Source of the DNA: Methyloligellaceae bacterium
GTDB lineage: Bacteria; Pseudomonadota; Alphaproteobacteria; Rhizobiales; CAYWUX01
Assembly: GCA_051009705.1 (NCBI GenBank)
Contig: JBPCWG010000463.1
Location: 1 to 29,405, forward strand
Reading direction: 5' to 3'
DNA length: 29,405 bases
Positions 28,309 to 29,405 of this stretch are shown one piece after another; the first letter of the stretch is position 1, and each line of letters starts with the position of its first letter. A program made the position numbers and the translations under genes. The notes under the pieces are model-generated. The model saw nothing but the letters and a program-made list of their open reading frames with translations. It was not told the origin of the DNA and ran no database searches.

Positions 28309-29211
28309 ATGGCGAGATCCGACTTTAAATCATCCCCCCAAAAAAGAACGGAACCACCCGCCGATCCGTCCATCTGCCTTGTCCTCGGCGGCGGTGGTGC
28401 ACGTGGTATTTCCCATATTCTCATTCTCGAAGTTCTGGACGAGCTGGGCGTTGTCCCCCGGCAAATCCTTGGCACATCAATCGGCGCTATATTCGGTGCG
28501 GCTTACGCCTCAGGGCTCAGTGCCAAGGAGATTCGTCAGTTTGCCATGGAAGTCCTCGGCAGGCGCAGGGAAATTCTGAAAAAGCTCTTTCTGCAAAAAC
28601 CGGATACCCTGCGGGAACTCTGGAACCTGACACCCCTCAAATCATCGCTGATGAATCCTGAGCGGCTCCTGGAAATGGTTCTTCCGAAACAGATAGCCAA
28701 GGACTTTTCGGACCTTAAGATTCCAGCAAAGTTCGTGGCGACGGATTATTACGCTCAGAAGGCCGTCGCCCTTGATTTCGGCAGTGTCCGCAAGGCGGTT
28801 GCCGCATCCATGGCCCTGCCGGCCATATTTACACCGGTGGAGTATGAAGACACACCGTTTATCGACGGTGGCATGACCAATCCCCTACCGTTCGATCTTT
28901 CGTTTCCCTCAATGCAGGTCACAATCGCCGTCGATGTAACCGGCGGTCCCGTTCGCGATGAGAATGCCAAAAAACCGGCACCCATGGATGTCCTCTTCGC
29001 GGCTTCGCAAATCCAGCAAAACTCTATTGTCAATGAGAAGCTTAGAACCCGGCAGCCTGAAATTCTCATTCGCCCGCCTGTGGATCACATTCAGGTTCTG
29101 GCATTTTACAAGATCAAGGAAATCCTTGCCGAGGCCGCTCCTGTCAAAGACGAGCTCAAACGAAAACTAGAGAATTACTTCAAGGCCGCCGCGCCGCAAA
29201 AAAAGTCCTGA
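28309..29211 (+). CDS. Patatin-like phospholipase
   Basis: [10 protein letters not shown] oxyanion motif, GTSIG nucleophile elbow, ASMALP and the catalytic DGG. ATG 28309 lies 14 nt after the purD stop. Confidence 0.92.
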   Translation: MARSDFKSSPQKRTEPPADPSICLVLGGGGARGISHILILEVLDELGVVPRQILGTSIGAIFGAAYASGLSAKEIRQFAMEVLGRRREILKKLFLQKPDTLRELWNLTPLKSSLMNPERLLEMVLPKQIAKDFSDLKIPAKFVATDYYAQKAVALDFGSVRKAVAASMALPAIFTPVEYEDTPFIDGGMTNPLPFDLSFPSMQVTIAVDVTGGPVRDENAKKPAPMDVLFAASQIQQNSIVNEKLRTRQPEILIRPPVDHIQVLAFYKIKEILAEAAPVKDELKRKLENYFKAAAPQKKS

Positions 29212-29405
29212 GTAATGTCTTCGAGACCTCTTCGCCGATTTGCCCGTAAACTTCCGGAGCGTGATGACAGGTTGGCGACTGAAAAAACCGAGGCCCATTG
29301 TCCACAGCCCCACCCTTGAGATCCTCGGCTCCATAATAAAGGCGTGACAGGCGCGCGAAGGAAATTGCCGCCGCGCACATGGCACAGGGTTCAAGAGTCA
29401 CATAC
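29180..29405 (-). CDS. tadA: tRNA adenosine deaminase (5' part outside window)
   Basis: [33 protein letters not shown] (PCxxC zinc motif) and C-terminal [10 protein letters not shown]. Confidence 0.9.
   Translation of the reverse strand, partial: YVTLEPCAMCAAAISFARLSRLYYGAEDLKGGAVDNGPRFFQSPTCHHAPEVYGQIGEEVSKTLLRTFFAARRP

Overview
A core-chromosome window of an alphaproteobacterium. Gene content and order look like Hyphomicrobiales/Rhizobiales, and GC is roughly 50-55% by eye. From left to right it carries: a truncated membrane sensor-PAS-GGDEF-EAL gene, then rimJ-like GNAT, M16 peptidase, thrC, SURF1 and DUF983, followed by the aa3-type cytochrome c oxidase operon (coxB-coxA-ctaB-coxF-ctaG-coxC), all on the minus strand. 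Next come ialB, an orphan lipoprotein, DUF937, gshA, rsmE, ubiA, DUF6101 and a cysQ/IMPase gene. The right part holds a lipid A cluster (DUF374/LpxJ-like domain fused to WaaA, then lpxK), DUF2093, xseA, purD, a patatin and a truncated tadA. I found no mobile elements, tRNA/rRNA or CRISPR array. The most notable observations are: the in-frame LpxJ-like acyltransferase-Kdo transferase fusion; a sliding-clamp-type QGSLF motif at the extreme C-terminus of XseA; degeneration of both c-di-GMP catalytic domains in the sensor protein; short ORFs and repeated motifs inside the cox operon spacers; and several palindromic candidate operators. All family assignments come from motif recognition by eye, not database searches.
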